From Terriglobales bacterium (GTDB taxonomy: Bacteria; Acidobacteriota; Terriglobia; Terriglobales; Acidobacteriaceae): a stretch of DNA of 64,000 nt. The stretch covers positions 5,576-69,575 of the forward strand of contig JAATGG010000159.1 in assembly GCA_015654835.1 (NCBI GenBank), in the 5' to 3' direction. The notes below the pieces were generated by a model that did no database searches, was not told the DNA's origin, and saw nothing but the letters and a program-made list of their open reading frames with translations. Positions within the stretch are counted from its first letter, which is position 1. Each line of letters begins with the position of its first letter. Of the stretch, positions 36,527 to 46,824 are shown piece by piece. Made by a program: the position numbers and the translations under genes.

Positions 36527-37078
36527 CTATCTGCGGCCGAAGCCTCTGGGCACTGCGGGCGGCGCGACTGGCAGGTCGGTCTTGCCCTCAGGGTAAACCG
36601 CCAGAAAGCGGCCCGGACCTTCACCGGAGCTGGCTGTCTCAACGCCTTCAAGACCGCGGAAGGCGAGATGGAGCAGACGGCGCTCCCGGCTGTTCATGGG
36701 TGGAAATGCATAGGGGATGCCGGACTTGCGGACCTTTTCCGCAGCGGTTTCGGCAGCCATCTGCAGTTCCTGTGCGCGCAGAGCCTTGAAGTTGTTGGCA
36801 TCGAAACTGATCAGGTCGTGCTCGCGCTGATCGAGGCGAAGCATCTGCGCAGCGAGTGTTTCAAGAGCGCGCAGCAGTTCGCCATTTTGCTGGGTAACCA
36901 ACAGCACATCGGGCCCGGCGAGTTCGACATAGATTACGCGCGCTTCAAATCCCAAGGGGTCGCGCGCGCCGTCGCCGGCAGTGATGCGATATTTGAGGCG
37001 CAGACCACCCAGCTTATTGAGAGTGGCTAGGAAATTGGCGATTTTCTGGGCAGCCTGCTGCAGGTCAGGGATCGGCAT
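36527..37078 (-). CDS. jag: Jag-like RNA-binding protein (KH + R3H domains)
   Basis: 183 aa with the R3H region MNSRERRLLHLAFRGLEGVETASSGEGPGRFLAVYP. Confidence 0.75.
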   Translation of the reverse strand: MPIPDLQQAAQKIANFLATLNKLGGLRLKYRITAGDGARDPLGFEARVIYVELAGPDVLLVTQQNGELLRALETLAAQMLRLDQREHDLISFDANNFKALRAQELQMAAETAAEKVRKSGIPYAFPPMNSRERRLLHLAFRGLEGVETASSGEGPGRFLAVYPEGKTDLPVAPPAVPRGFGRR

Positions 37079-37181
37079 AATTCATCAGTATCGCAGAGCG
37101 GGGTCCAGGATGGGCGAGGGAAATGCAAGACTTGTCGATGGGCAATGGGCGCTGCGGCCCGCCCAATGGGACAATAGGCTC

Positions 37182-37874
37182 ATGCCGCCCGAAGACCTCC
37201 TCTTGCTCACTGCCGCCGAAGCCCGCATCCTGGGCGCACTGGTCGAGAAAGAAGTGACCACGCCGGACTACTATCCTCTTTCGCTCAACGCTCTGCTGAA
37301 CGCGTGTAACCAGCGTTCGAACCGTGAACCGGTGATGGATCTGAACGAGGATGCGGTGCGCCACGCCCTGCACAACCTTGAGGACCAGCGGCTGGCCGGT
37401 CGCGCACGCAGCTCCGATGGACGCGTGACCAAGTATGAACACTGGCTGGGCGAGGCATTCAACTTCAATCGCGCGGAGACGGCGCTGCTTTGCGTGCTGC
37501 TGCTGCGCGGACCGCAGACGCCCGGGGAACTGCGCGGCCGCACGGAACGGCTGCACCGCTTCGATGAAATCGGCGACGTGCTGGCCGGGCTGCAAAAACT
37601 GATGGAGCGCCAGCCGCCGCTGGTCACCGTGCTGCCACGGCAACCCGGAACCAAAGAAGCCCGCTATGCGCATCTGCTTTCAGGCCCGGTAGAGTCCGCG
37701 GCTGCACCGGCACCGGCCCTGGTGCGGCACGAAATCGGGCAGAATGCTATCTCGGACGCTGGCCAAGCTGGTGGGCAGGAAGAACGCATCGCGCAGTTGG
37801 AAGCAACGGTCGCCGAGTTACGGCAGGAGATAACCTCGCTGCGCACCAAGATCGACGATCTATTTGGGGATTGA
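37182..37874 (+). CDS. yceH: YceH/DUF480 family protein
   Basis: LTAAEARILGALVEKEVTTPDYYPLSLNALLNACNQRSNREPVM and LLLRGPQTPGELRGRTERLHRF align with E. coli YceH. I chose the start MPPEDLL at 37182; the longest ORF would overlap jag. Confidence 0.8.
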   Translation: MPPEDLLLLTAAEARILGALVEKEVTTPDYYPLSLNALLNACNQRSNREPVMDLNEDAVRHALHNLEDQRLAGRARSSDGRVTKYEHWLGEAFNFNRAETALLCVLLLRGPQTPGELRGRTERLHRFDEIGDVLAGLQKLMERQPPLVTVLPRQPGTKEARYAHLLSGPVESAAAPAPALVRHEIGQNAISDAGQAGGQEERIAQLEATVAELRQEITSLRTKIDDLFGD

Positions 37875-37999
37875 TCTCTTGCCGTAAACCGGCATGAACA
37901 GCCCTTCATTCGCAACCCGCCCATCCTTTCCGCAAAAAACAGAAAAAATGGGCGGGCTATAAACATTCAATAAACGGTCGCACAAGAAATACGGAACCG

Positions 38000-38434
38000 C
38001 TAGACCAGTTCGTAGCCGGCGAACCAATAGCCGATTTCGAAGGCGGCGGTATCCTCGGCATCCGAGCCGTGAATCGCATTCTCCTCAATCGAACCGGCAA
38101 ACTTTTTGCGGATGGTGCCCTCTTCGGCGTTAGCCGGATTGGTGGCTCCCATCAGCTTGCGCAGGTCGGCGATGGCATTGTCCTTTTCCAGGACCATCAG
38201 GACGATGGGCCCCGAAGACATGAAGGTAGTCAGTCCGTCAAAGAACGGGCGGGCGCTGTGTACGCAATAGAAGCCCTTCGCCTGTTCCTTAGAAATAGAT
38301 AGTTTTTTGATGGCCACGATCTTGAAGCCGGCCTTTTCAATTTCAGCCAGGATCGCTCCCGTAAATCCCTTGCGGACCGCGTCCGGCTTGATGATGCTGA
38401 ACGTGCGTTGCGCCACTTGATTTTGCTCCTTCAA
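38000..38434 (-). CDS. ndk: nucleoside-diphosphate kinase
   Basis: 144 aa with [11 protein letters not shown] and the active-site NAIHGSD. Confidence 0.95.
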   Translation of the reverse strand: MKEQNQVAQRTFSIIKPDAVRKGFTGAILAEIEKAGFKIVAIKKLSISKEQAKGFYCVHSARPFFDGLTTFMSSGPIVLMVLEKDNAIADLRKLMGATNPANAEEGTIRKKFAGSIEENAIHGSDAEDTAAFEIGYWFAGYELV

Positions 38435-38510
38435 TCGTCAATGTCTAACTCCCCTATTGTACTGGGCGCCGCGCCCATTGCCCCACGTACCAATCTGGTA
38501 GAGTGGCCTC

Positions 38511-40595
38511 ATGTTTTGCTTTGTTGCCGCACCTTCTCGCTGCATCGGTTGGTCGATCGCCCTGGCCATGATTTTGGCTGCCTCCACTTGCGCCCAGGGT
38601 CAGAACCCACAGGCCGCCTCAGCTTCCGCGCCCGAGTTGCGCGTCTTCGATTCCGCATTAGTCGATAAGTCGGTGGACCCTTGCGAGAACTTTTATCGCT
38701 ATAGCTGCAATGGCTGGTTCAAGCGCAATCCGCTGCCCGCCGACCAGACCTCGTATGGCCGCTTCACCGAACTCTATGAGCTGAACCGGCTGCATCTCAA
38801 AGAGATTCTGGAAGCGGCGGCCGTGCCCGCGGAAACCCGCACGCCCAATGAGCAGAAGATCGGCGACGAGTACGCAAGCTGCATGGATGCAGGAGCCATC
38901 AACAGGCTGGGGCTGGCGCCGCTACAACCGGAGCTGGACCGGATTGCCGCGCTGAAATCCATCGCCGGACTTCCCGAGCTCCTGGCGCACCTGCACAGAA
39001 TCGGCGTGCGGGCCTTCTTCGCACTGGGATCGAACCAGGACTTCGGCGATGCCAGTGCGATGATCAGTTTCTATAACGCCAGCGGCCTGGGATTGCCGGA
39101 ACGCGATTACTACACGCGCACCGACGCCAAGTCAGTGGAGCAGCGCAGGCAGTATGTGGAGCACGTTCACAAAATATTCGTGTTAGCCGGCGAGCCGGAT
39201 GCGGAGGCGGCGAAAGATGCCGATACCGTGCTGGCCATCGAGACACGGCTGGCCAGGGCGTCCCTCACCGTGACCGAACAGCGCGACCCGCAAAATCTCA
39301 ACCATCCGACGGACGTGGCCAGTTTTGAAAAAGAGTTGACACACTTCTCGCTGGCCGAATATGCGGCTGCCGCTCATGCGCCCGCCAAGGGCAGAATGAA
39401 CGAGACGGAGCCCAAGTTTTTTGCGGAGTTCGACACCCTGCTGGCAGATACTCCGCTCGAACAGATCAAGACGTACCTGCGCTGGCACTTGTTACATGCC
39501 TATGCCGGCACCAGCCTGCCTGAAAGCTTCGATCAAGAGAATTGGAACTTCTACGCACACATCTTGAATGGCGCAGAGAAGCAGCAGGAACGCTGGAAGC
39601 GCTGCACCGTCCGCATCGACCGCGAGATGGGCGAGGCGCTCGGCCAGGCGTACGTCGGCAAGTACTTTCCTCCGGCCGAAAAACAACGGGCGCTCGACAT
39701 GACCGTGACGATCGAACGGGCTATGGACAAGGACATCGACGCCCTCGATTGGATGAGCGCGGAGACCAAGGTCAAGGCAAAAGAAAAGCTGCATGGGGTG
39801 ATGAACAAGGTCGGTTATCCCGATAAGTGGCGTAACTATTCCAAGCTGGAAATCGTGCGCGGCGAGGCGTTGGGCAACCAGGAACGCGCGAATGAGTTCG
39901 AGTTTGCGCGCGAGCTCGCCAAGATCGGCAAGCCCGTGGATAAGGGCGAATGGCTGATGACGCCGCCGACCGTGAATGCCTACTACGATCCGCAGATGAA
40001 CAACGTGAATTTTCCTGCCGGCTACTTTCAGCCGCCGTTCTTCAGCGACAAAGAAGACGACGCAGCCAACTATGGCGATATGGGTTCGACCGTGGGCCAC
40101 GAGTTGACCCACGGCTTCGACGACGAAGGAAGGCAGTACGACAAAGACGGCAACCTGAAGGACTGGTGGACCAAGGACGATCAGCAGAAGTTCACCGAAC
40201 GCGCGCAGTGCATGGTGAATCAGTATGACGCCATCGAGGCGGTTCCGGGCGTTCACCTGAACGGCAAGTTGACGCTGGGAGAAAACCTGGCCGACCTGGG
40301 CGGACTGTGGCTGGCGTGGCTGGCATGGCTCGACAAGGCACAGGCTGCGCATGTGGACATGACCGCAACGATGGATGGCTACACACCCGACCAACGGTTC
40401 TGGATTGCGTATGCGCAGCAGTGGTGCACGCAGACACGGCCTGAGCAATTGCGGACGCAGGCACAGACCGATCCACATGCTCCCGACGAGTACCGGACCA
40501 ACACCGTGCTGACCGACCTGCCGGAGTTCGCAAAGAGCTTCAGTTGCAAGAAGACGGCGGCGATGGTGAATCCGAAGCCTTGCCGCATCTGGTAA
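38511..40595 (+). CDS. M13-family zinc metallopeptidase (PepO / endothelin-converting-enzyme-like), secreted
   Basis: 694 aa with a signal peptide. Zinc motif VGHELTHGFDD and downstream GENLADLGG. Confidence 0.9.
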   Translation: MFCFVAAPSRCIGWSIALAMILAASTCAQGQNPQAASASAPELRVFDSALVDKSVDPCENFYRYSCNGWFKRNPLPADQTSYGRFTELYELNRLHLKEILEAAAVPAETRTPNEQKIGDEYASCMDAGAINRLGLAPLQPELDRIAALKSIAGLPELLAHLHRIGVRAFFALGSNQDFGDASAMISFYNASGLGLPERDYYTRTDAKSVEQRRQYVEHVHKIFVLAGEPDAEAAKDADTVLAIETRLARASLTVTEQRDPQNLNHPTDVASFEKELTHFSLAEYAAAAHAPAKGRMNETEPKFFAEFDTLLADTPLEQIKTYLRWHLLHAYAGTSLPESFDQENWNFYAHILNGAEKQQERWKRCTVRIDREMGEALGQAYVGKYFPPAEKQRALDMTVTIERAMDKDIDALDWMSAETKVKAKEKLHGVMNKVGYPDKWRNYSKLEIVRGEALGNQERANEFEFARELAKIGKPVDKGEWLMTPPTVNAYYDPQMNNVNFPAGYFQPPFFSDKEDDAANYGDMGSTVGHELTHGFDDEGRQYDKDGNLKDWWTKDDQQKFTERAQCMVNQYDAIEAVPGVHLNGKLTLGENLADLGGLWLAWLAWLDKAQAAHVDMTATMDGYTPDQRFWIAYAQQWCTQTRPEQLRTQAQTDPHAPDEYRTNTVLTDLPEFAKSFSCKKTAAMVNPKPCRIW

Positions 40596-40635
40596 CGCAA
40601 GCTCGACCAACCTGCAGACACTGCATGAAATGAAA

Positions 40636-40659
40636 ACGGCCTGCCGCGAGGCAGGCCGT
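40636..40659. terminator. bidirectional terminator between convergent pepO-like and sucD genes
   Basis: ACGGCCTGCC-gcga-GGCAGGCCGT. On the minus strand it is followed by tttcatttcat. Confidence 0.7.
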
Positions 40660-40686
40660 CTGTAACTGCGCGTGGCACAGAAAAAA

Positions 40687-41562
40687 TCAGGCTTTGCCGA
40701 TCACCCGCGCCATGGTTTCGCCAATTTCCGCGGGCGAAACTACGACGTGAATCCCGGCTGCGGTCATGGCCTTCATCTTGTCGGATGCGGTGCCTTGCCC
40801 GCCGCTGATGATGGCTCCGGCATGGCCCATGCGGCGGCCGGGAGGCGCGGTTTGACCGGCGATAAAGCCGACCACCGGCTTCTTCACGTGCTGCTTGACG
40901 AACTCGGCCGCGGCCTCTTCTGCCGCGCCGCCGATCTCGCCGATCATGATGATGGCCTCGGTTTCAGGATCGCCGTTGAGCAGGCGCAGCGCATCGATAT
41001 GAGTGGTGCCGATAATCGGATCGCCACCAATGCCGATGGCTGTCGACTGGCCGATGCCGCGCTGCGTGAGCTGGTGCACCGCCTCATAGGTCAGCGTGCC
41101 GGAGCGGGACACAATGCCCACCGAACCCTCTTTATGAATACGGCCGGGCATGATGCCGATTTTTGCTTTGCCGGGCGAAATAACGCCGGGGCAGTTCGGA
41201 CCGATGAGCCGCGACTTCGAGGTCTTGAGCTTGGCCCACACCTTCACCATGTCCAGCGTCGGAATGCCTTCGGTGATGCAGACGATGAGCGGAATGCCCG
41301 CGTCCTCCGCTTCAAGAATGGCATCGGCGGCAAACGGCGGCGGCACAAAAATCATGGTCGCGTTGGCGCCTGTGGCGGAGACAGCATCTTCCACGGTGTT
41401 AAAGACCGGCCAGCCCTCGTGCTTGGTTCCGCCCTTGCCGGGAGTGACTCCGCCGACCACATGGGTGCCGTATTCGGCACAGCCCATGGCGTGAAAAGTA
41501 CCTTCTTTGCCGGTGATGCCCTGAACGATGAGCCGCGTCTCTTTCGTAACAAGTACCGCCAT
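40687..41562 (-). CDS. sucD: succinate--CoA ligase subunit alpha
   Basis: 291 aa with [23 protein letters not shown] and the phosphohistidine loop GHAGAII. Confidence 0.97.
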   Translation of the reverse strand: MAVLVTKETRLIVQGITGKEGTFHAMGCAEYGTHVVGGVTPGKGGTKHEGWPVFNTVEDAVSATGANATMIFVPPPFAADAILEAEDAGIPLIVCITEGIPTLDMVKVWAKLKTSKSRLIGPNCPGVISPGKAKIGIMPGRIHKEGSVGIVSRSGTLTYEAVHQLTQRGIGQSTAIGIGGDPIIGTTHIDALRLLNGDPETEAIIMIGEIGGAAEEAAAEFVKQHVKKPVVGFIAGQTAPPGRRMGHAGAIISGGQGTASDKMKAMTAAGIHVVVSPAEIGETMARVIGKA

Positions 41563-41579
41563 TGAAAAAGCTCCTAGCT

Positions 41580-41592
41580 GCTAGCCTCTAGC
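41580..41592. repeat. left arm of 13-bp inverted repeat flanking the four-helix-bundle gene
   Basis: GCTAGCCTCTAGC. It lies inside a run of four CTAG tetramers at 41574, 41581, 41588 and 41595 (7-nt spacing). Confidence 0.8.
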
Positions 41593-41950
41593 CCCTAGCT
41601 TTTAAAGACTGGATCAACGCCCCCAGCATCTTGGACGTCTCGATACAAAGCGCCTCTGCCTTCTGCAGCAGCGCCTCATTTCCCATCTTCAATTGCCTGG
41701 CTACAAGAAGCTGCGTTTGAACTTCGTAAATCGAACCTTGTGCGATGCCCAGAAATTGTCTGAACTCGCCCTCTGTTCCTCGTCCGCGACCTTCTGCAAT
41801 ATTGCTGGCGACAGAAACACTGGCCCGGCGCAACTGAGAGGTCAATCCATACAACTCGTCTTGGGGAAAGGTCTTGGTCAGGCCATAAATCGACACCGTC
41901 ACTTCCATGGCTCGCTGCCCGACGGTTAGATCTTGGAAGGCCTGTGCCAA
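41588..41950 (-). CDS. four-helix-bundle protein (23S rRNA intervening-sequence protein / Avd-like family)
   Basis: 120 aa: FQDLTVGQRAMEVTVSIYGLTKTFPQDELYGLTSQLRRASVSVASNIAEGRGRGTEGEFRQFLGIAQGSIYEVQTQL. Confidence 0.85.
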   Translation of the reverse strand: MAQAFQDLTVGQRAMEVTVSIYGLTKTFPQDELYGLTSQLRRASVSVASNIAEGRGRGTEGEFRQFLGIAQGSIYEVQTQLLVARQLKMGNEALLQKAEALCIETSKMLGALIQSLKARG

Positions 41951-42000
41951 GCTGCGTCTCCGTTTCGGTAAACCATCCAGTTCTCAGCCTTGAGCCATTC

Positions 42001-42013
42001 GCTAGAGGCTAGC
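42001..42013. repeat. right arm of 13-bp inverted repeat (overlaps sucC stop)
   Basis: GCTAGAGGCTAGC, the exact reverse complement of 41580-41592. Confidence 0.8.
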
Positions 42014-43174
42014 GGCTGCTTTTACAACCAGCTCGGCCGCTTCTTTCATCGTTGCGCCCACCTGGAAGTTCAGGCCCGACTCCTTGAGAATCTTGCGACC
42101 TTCTTCCACGTTGGTGCCTTCGAGCCGCAACACGATAGGCACTGTGACGTGCAGCTTGCGGGCCGCCGCGACGACGCCCGTCGCCAGACGATCTACACGC
42201 AAAATGCCGCCGAATATATTGATGAAGATGGCCTTCACGTTCGCATCGGAAAGCAGAATCTCAAAGGCATGTTCAATCTGCTCCTGGGTAGCGCCGCCGC
42301 CTACGTCCAGAAAGTTTGCAGGGCTGCCGCCTGCGTATTGAATAATGTCCATGGTTGCCATGGCCAGGCCCGCGCCGTTGACCATGCAGGCGATGGAGCC
42401 ATCGAGCTTGATATAGTTGAGCGCGTATTTGCTGGCCTCGACCTCCAGCGGATCTTCTTCCGCCGTGTCGCGCAGCGCCTTGATATCGGCGTGGCGAAAC
42501 AGCGCATTGTCGTCGAAGGTGACCTTGGCGTCGAGGGCAAACAGCTTGTCGTCCTTGGTCGTGATGAAAGGATTGATCTCGACCAGCGAGGCATCGGTAT
42601 CGATGAATGCCTTATACAAGCTTTGCAGGAAAGTAACAGCCTGATTGATCTGCGTCGCTTTGAGTCCAAGCGCAAAAGCGAGCTTGCGCGCCTGCCATGC
42701 GCCGAAGCCAATCGCCGGATCGATCGTCTCTTTAAAGATGGCATCGGGATCCTTGGCGGCGACCTCTTCAATTTCCATGCCGCCGGCCTGCGAAGCCATA
42801 AAGACCAGCCTGCCCGTAGCGCGATCGAGCACGATACCCAGATAAAGTTCGCGATCGATATCGGCTGTCTCTTCTATTAAGAGGCGCTGCACCTTTTGGC
42901 CTTGCGGACCGGTCTGGTGCGTGACAAGCTGCATGCCGAGAATATTCTTGGCGTACAGCTCGGCATCTTCGCGGGTGCGGGCTACTTTGACGCCGCCGCC
43001 CTTGCCGCGACCGCCAGCGTGAATCTGCGCTTTGACGACGCCATGGGCGCCCTCGGTAAACAGAGTCCGGGCGACCGCTGTCGCTTCTTCCAGCGTGTTC
43101 GCCACTTCGCCCCTGGGCACGGCCACACCGTATTTTGCCAGGATTTCTTTCGCCTGATACTCGTGAATCTTCAT
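42002..43174 (-). CDS. sucC: succinate--CoA ligase subunit beta (ADP-forming)
   Basis: 390 aa starting [17 protein letters not shown], with an ATP-grasp region and GGILR near the C-terminus. Confidence 0.97.
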   Translation of the reverse strand: MKIHEYQAKEILAKYGVAVPRGEVANTLEEATAVARTLFTEGAHGVVKAQIHAGGRGKGGGVKVARTREDAELYAKNILGMQLVTHQTGPQGQKVQRLLIEETADIDRELYLGIVLDRATGRLVFMASQAGGMEIEEVAAKDPDAIFKETIDPAIGFGAWQARKLAFALGLKATQINQAVTFLQSLYKAFIDTDASLVEINPFITTKDDKLFALDAKVTFDDNALFRHADIKALRDTAEEDPLEVEASKYALNYIKLDGSIACMVNGAGLAMATMDIIQYAGGSPANFLDVGGGATQEQIEHAFEILLSDANVKAIFINIFGGILRVDRLATGVVAAARKLHVTVPIVLRLEGTNVEEGRKILKESGLNFQVGATMKEAAELVVKAAASL

Positions 43175-43332
43175 TGGTAGGAACCACCAAGGCCGCTGAA
43201 TTTGGGTGAGGCGGGGAAATGCGCCAGCGGTACAGAAATACTATCTCCCACACCGAACGACCGGCAAACGATATAAGACCGCATTGCAAGATAAATGCCC
43301 CGCCGCAATGCACCGTTACCATATAGGGAGAT

Positions 43333-44391
43333 ATGGGGCTACTTAAAGAGCTTTTGAAACCGCTGGCCGAAGACGGCGCGGCACTCACTCGGGAACAGGC
43401 GGCTGCCGTTCTCGGCGAAATTCTGGCAGGCAACGCGCCGGAAATCGAAACGGCGGCGTTGATTTCCGTGCTGGCGACGCGCGGCGAACAGGCGCCGGAA
43501 CTAGCCGGCTTTGTGGAAACCATGCGGGCGCAGGCCACACCGGTTCCCCTGACCGACGAGGAGCGCGATGCGCTGGTGGATACCTGCGGCACCGGCGGCG
43601 GCGGGCCGCTGACCTTCAATATCTCCTCCGGCGCGGCTCTGGTAGCTGCGGCGGCCGGAGCCAAGGTAGCCAAGCACGGCAACCGCGCCGTCACGTCGCG
43701 CTGCGGGTCGGCAGACGTGCTGGAGACGCTGGGCGTGCCCATCAGCCTGGGACCCGAACTGGCCGTCGCCTGCCTGCGCGAAACGCGATTCATGTTCCTG
43801 TATGCGCCGCTCTATCACCCGGCCATGAAAGCGCTGGGACCCTTGCGCCGGGCGTTGGGCTTCAGGACGATCTTCAACCTGTGCGGACCGCTGACCAATC
43901 CGGCAGGAGCCCGGGCACAGGTCATCGGCGTGCTGGCGCCAAGCAAGGTGCTGCTGGTAGCGCGTGCCCTGGCCGAGTTGGGGGCGCGACGCGCGTTTGT
44001 GGTCCACGGAACCGATGGAATCGATGAGTTGACCACCACCGGGGAGTCGGTCGTGGCGCGCATCGAAGAGCCCGAGGGCGGCGGCCGCCCCACGCTGAAG
44101 GCTGCCCGCATCACTCCGGAAATGGCGGGGCTGCCTCGCGTCACGCTGGACGAGTTCACGGGTGGCGATGTGGAGACCAATGCATCGATGCTTTATGACG
44201 TACTGACCGGCATTCCCGGGGCGCGGCGCGAGATTGTGCTGTTCAATGCGGCTGCGGCACTGGTGGCAGCCGGGTTGGCAGGCGATTTGAAAGAGGGCGT
44301 CGCGCTGGGTGCGGAGGCAATCGACTCCGGACAGGCCGCCGCGACACTCGCCAAACTGCGGCAGTTCGGGGCCAAGCACGCGGCAAAATAG
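43333..44391 (+). CDS. trpD: anthranilate phosphoribosyltransferase
   Basis: 352 aa with DTCGTGGGG, KHGNRAVTSRCGSADVLE and NPAG. Confidence 0.93.
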   Translation: MGLLKELLKPLAEDGAALTREQAAAVLGEILAGNAPEIETAALISVLATRGEQAPELAGFVETMRAQATPVPLTDEERDALVDTCGTGGGGPLTFNISSGAALVAAAAGAKVAKHGNRAVTSRCGSADVLETLGVPISLGPELAVACLRETRFMFLYAPLYHPAMKALGPLRRALGFRTIFNLCGPLTNPAGARAQVIGVLAPSKVLLVARALAELGARRAFVVHGTDGIDELTTTGESVVARIEEPEGGGRPTLKAARITPEMAGLPRVTLDEFTGGDVETNASMLYDVLTGIPGARREIVLFNAAAALVAAGLAGDLKEGVALGAEAIDSGQAAATLAKLRQFGAKHAAK

Positions 44392-44434
44392 GGAGCCGGC
44401 GCGGGCAGGGACATGCGTCAACGTCGCCAAGCTG

Positions 44435-44472
44435 CTTAGAGAGTCCGCAGCGTTCCTGCGAACTGCTCTAAG
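44435..44472 (+). terminator. long imperfect hairpin downstream of trpD
   Basis: CTTAGAGAGTCCGCAG-cgttc-CTGCGAACTGCTCTAAG (one bulge and one mismatch). The following T-tract is weak. Confidence 0.35.
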
Positions 44473-44527
44473 ATTCCTTCGAGCACAGTTTGCGAATTCG
44501 CGTCCAAGCTGGTGTAAGGAGATCCCC

Positions 44528-45235
44528 ATGATGAACGTTCAGAGAATGGCCGCCTCGATGGTGTTTGCCACCGCGATGGCGGCCAGTGCACAACAGATCG
44601 GCCAGCCCCAACTCAAAATCGACTCCGCAAACCGCGTGCTGACCGCCAACGCGGAAGAAGAGGTGACCGTCGAACCGGAGATTGCCATTCTGCACATCGG
44701 ATTCGAGACGCAGCTTGGAGACGCAAAATCGGTCTATGCCGACGGTTCCCGTACCTCGAACGCGATCATAAGCGCTCTGAAGCAGGCGGGCATTCCCGAG
44801 ACTTCCATCCGCAGTGAAACGCAGCACCTGGACCGTGATTTCACCAAGCCGCACAAGTTCAAGCTCGTGCAGCAATGGACGGTAAAGGCTCCGCCGGAGC
44901 GGGCCGCCGAGATTCTCGACGTCGCCATCACCGCCGGCGCCACGAGCAGCGGAGATATCGACTGGACGGTGAAGGACGAACGCGCCCTGGAAGAGCAGGC
45001 GCTCGACCGTGCCGCGGGACGCGCACGCGAAAATGCCGCGGTGCTGGCCAAAGGGATGGGCGTACGGCTCGGGTCTCTTATTTATGTGAGCAATGAAGTC
45101 GCCGTGCAGCGGTTTCCCATGAGGGCCGGCATGGTTGCCATGGCAAAAACCGCCACGGCCGACCAGCCGTTGTCCATCGAGCCCCATAAAGTGAGCCGGA
45201 CGGCCACGGTCTATGCGGTTTTCGCCATCGAGTAG
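44528..45235 (+). CDS. SIMPL/DUF541 family periplasmic protein
   Basis: Start at MMNVQRMAASMVFATAMAASAQQ, with AAGGAG upstream. Pattern ...VTVEPEIAILHIGFET...QWTVKAP...VSRTATVYAVFAI. Confidence 0.7.
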   Translation: MMNVQRMAASMVFATAMAASAQQIGQPQLKIDSANRVLTANAEEEVTVEPEIAILHIGFETQLGDAKSVYADGSRTSNAIISALKQAGIPETSIRSETQHLDRDFTKPHKFKLVQQWTVKAPPERAAEILDVAITAGATSSGDIDWTVKDERALEEQALDRAAGRARENAAVLAKGMGVRLGSLIYVSNEVAVQRFPMRAGMVAMAKTATADQPLSIEPHKVSRTATVYAVFAIE

Positions 45236-45363
45236 CACGGAGAGGAATGAGTCTTTAGCGGAGCACGAACATCTTTCCAATAGATGTTTAAACAAATATC
45301 CCGCATATGCCTCGCGGCGTCTCTTCCCGGCCTATGGCAGGCCATTCGCGGAAAGGAAAGTCC

Positions 45364-46185
45364 ATGACCGAAAAGACCGGGGTGCATCGCCAACCTGCAA
45401 TTTTTCTGCCCCACGGCGGAGGCCCCTGCTTCTTTATGGATTGGAGCTGGGGTCCGGCGGATACCTGGAATGCGACGCAGTATTTTCTGGAGGGGCTGTC
45501 GGCCACGCTGCCCGCCGCGCCCAAAGCGATGGTAGTGATCAGCGGCCACTGGGAAGAGCCGGCCTTCACCGTAGGATCTGCCGCCGCTCCGAGGCTGATG
45601 TTCGATTACTACGGCTTTCCCGAACACACCTATCGGCTGACCTGGCCAGCGCCGGGCGATCCGGAATTGGCGGCGCGGGTAGCCGGGCTACTGGGTGAGG
45701 CGGGATTGCCGGCAGCCGAGAGCCCGAATCGCGGCTTCGATCACGGCGTATTCGTACCTCTCAAGGTGGCTTTTCCGCAAGCCGAGATTCCGGTCATCCC
45801 GCTCTCGCTGGCAGAGAATCTGGACCCAGCGCTGCACCTGGCCGCGGGACGCGCCCTGGCTCCGCTGCGCGACGAGGGCGTGTTGATCGTCGGCAGCGGC
45901 ATGAGCTTTCATAATCTGCGCGCTTATCTGCGGCCCGAGACAGCGGAGCGGGCCCGCGCCTTCGACGCCTGGTTGACCGACGCCGTGGAATCGCCCGCAT
46001 CGGACCGCAGCCCGCTGCTGACGCGTTGGCGCGAAGCTCCTTTTGCCGAGTTTGCCCATCCGCGTGAGGAGCACCTGATGCCGCTGATGGTAGCTGCCGG
46101 GACCGGAGGAGACGCACCGGGAAGGCGCATCTTTGATGACGAGCCAATGGGCGCGACCATCAGCGCCTACCGTTTCGATGGATGA
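45364..46185 (+). CDS. class III extradiol dioxygenase family protein (YgiD / 4,5-DOPA dioxygenase-like)
   Basis: Start at MTEKTG. Motifs AIFLPHGGGPCFF, VVISGHWEE, FDHGVFVPL and EEHLMPL. Confidence 0.8.
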   Translation: MTEKTGVHRQPAIFLPHGGGPCFFMDWSWGPADTWNATQYFLEGLSATLPAAPKAMVVISGHWEEPAFTVGSAAAPRLMFDYYGFPEHTYRLTWPAPGDPELAARVAGLLGEAGLPAAESPNRGFDHGVFVPLKVAFPQAEIPVIPLSLAENLDPALHLAAGRALAPLRDEGVLIVGSGMSFHNLRAYLRPETAERARAFDAWLTDAVESPASDRSPLLTRWREAPFAEFAHPREEHLMPLMVAAGTGGDAPGRRIFDDEPMGATISAYRFDG

Positions 46186-46218
46186 CCACAGGAGCTGGCA
46201 GCGGCAGCAGGACGGCTC

Positions 46219-46668
46219 TTAAATTCCCGTCTGGTACCAGCGCCGACGCCGTCCAATGCGCAGGCCGGAGTCGACGAGCACGGCGGACAGTGCGAACAGC
46301 ATACAAAGGTCGAGGCGTGCTTCGTGGAGAAAGCTCAGCCAGCCGTAATGGGAAAGTTTGGCGAGCGCGAGCGGACCCAGGGAATGACCGAGAAGGATGG
46401 GAAGCTTGGTGGTAACCAGCGCACCCACGGTAACAACGAGCAGGAGAAGCGCGGCGTCCCCGGCAAAGAGATTGAGCAGCACGGCGATGCCAGCCACAAT
46501 CTCGACCCCGCCGATGAACGGAGCCAGCAGATGGGCATAGGGCACGCCGATCGCCACAAACCTGCCCACGCCCAGATCGCCGGGCCATAGAAATTTGAGG
46601 GCGCCCTCTGTCAGAAAAACCAGCCCTACAATCACACGAATCAGGATCATAGGAAAAGTTTGGCGCAT
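46219..46668 (-). CDS. DoxX-family membrane protein
   Basis: 149 aa with four TM helices; ILIRVIVGLVFLTEGALKF. Confidence 0.7.
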   Translation of the reverse strand: MRQTFPMILIRVIVGLVFLTEGALKFLWPGDLGVGRFVAIGVPYAHLLAPFIGGVEIVAGIAVLLNLFAGDAALLLLVVTVGALVTTKLPILLGHSLGPLALAKLSHYGWLSFLHEARLDLCMLFALSAVLVDSGLRIGRRRRWYQTGI

Positions 46669-46824
46669 TTTTGTCTCCCGACGCTAATTTTGTAGGAGAG
46701 CTCGTTCAAGTTACGGAAAGAGACCGGCTCTCAATCAGTTACAGGAAAAAGAATATCGCAGCAAGGCGGAACGGCTGCGTGGGGCGGCGTTCCTTCCTGG
46801 AAACATTTTCCAAAATGGGACTGG

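Noticed and set aside
36981-37181. Extended N-terminus of the YceH/DUF480 ORF
   Set aside because: It would overlap the jag start region on the opposite strand. Alignment with E. coli YceH supports the MPPEDLL start at 37182.
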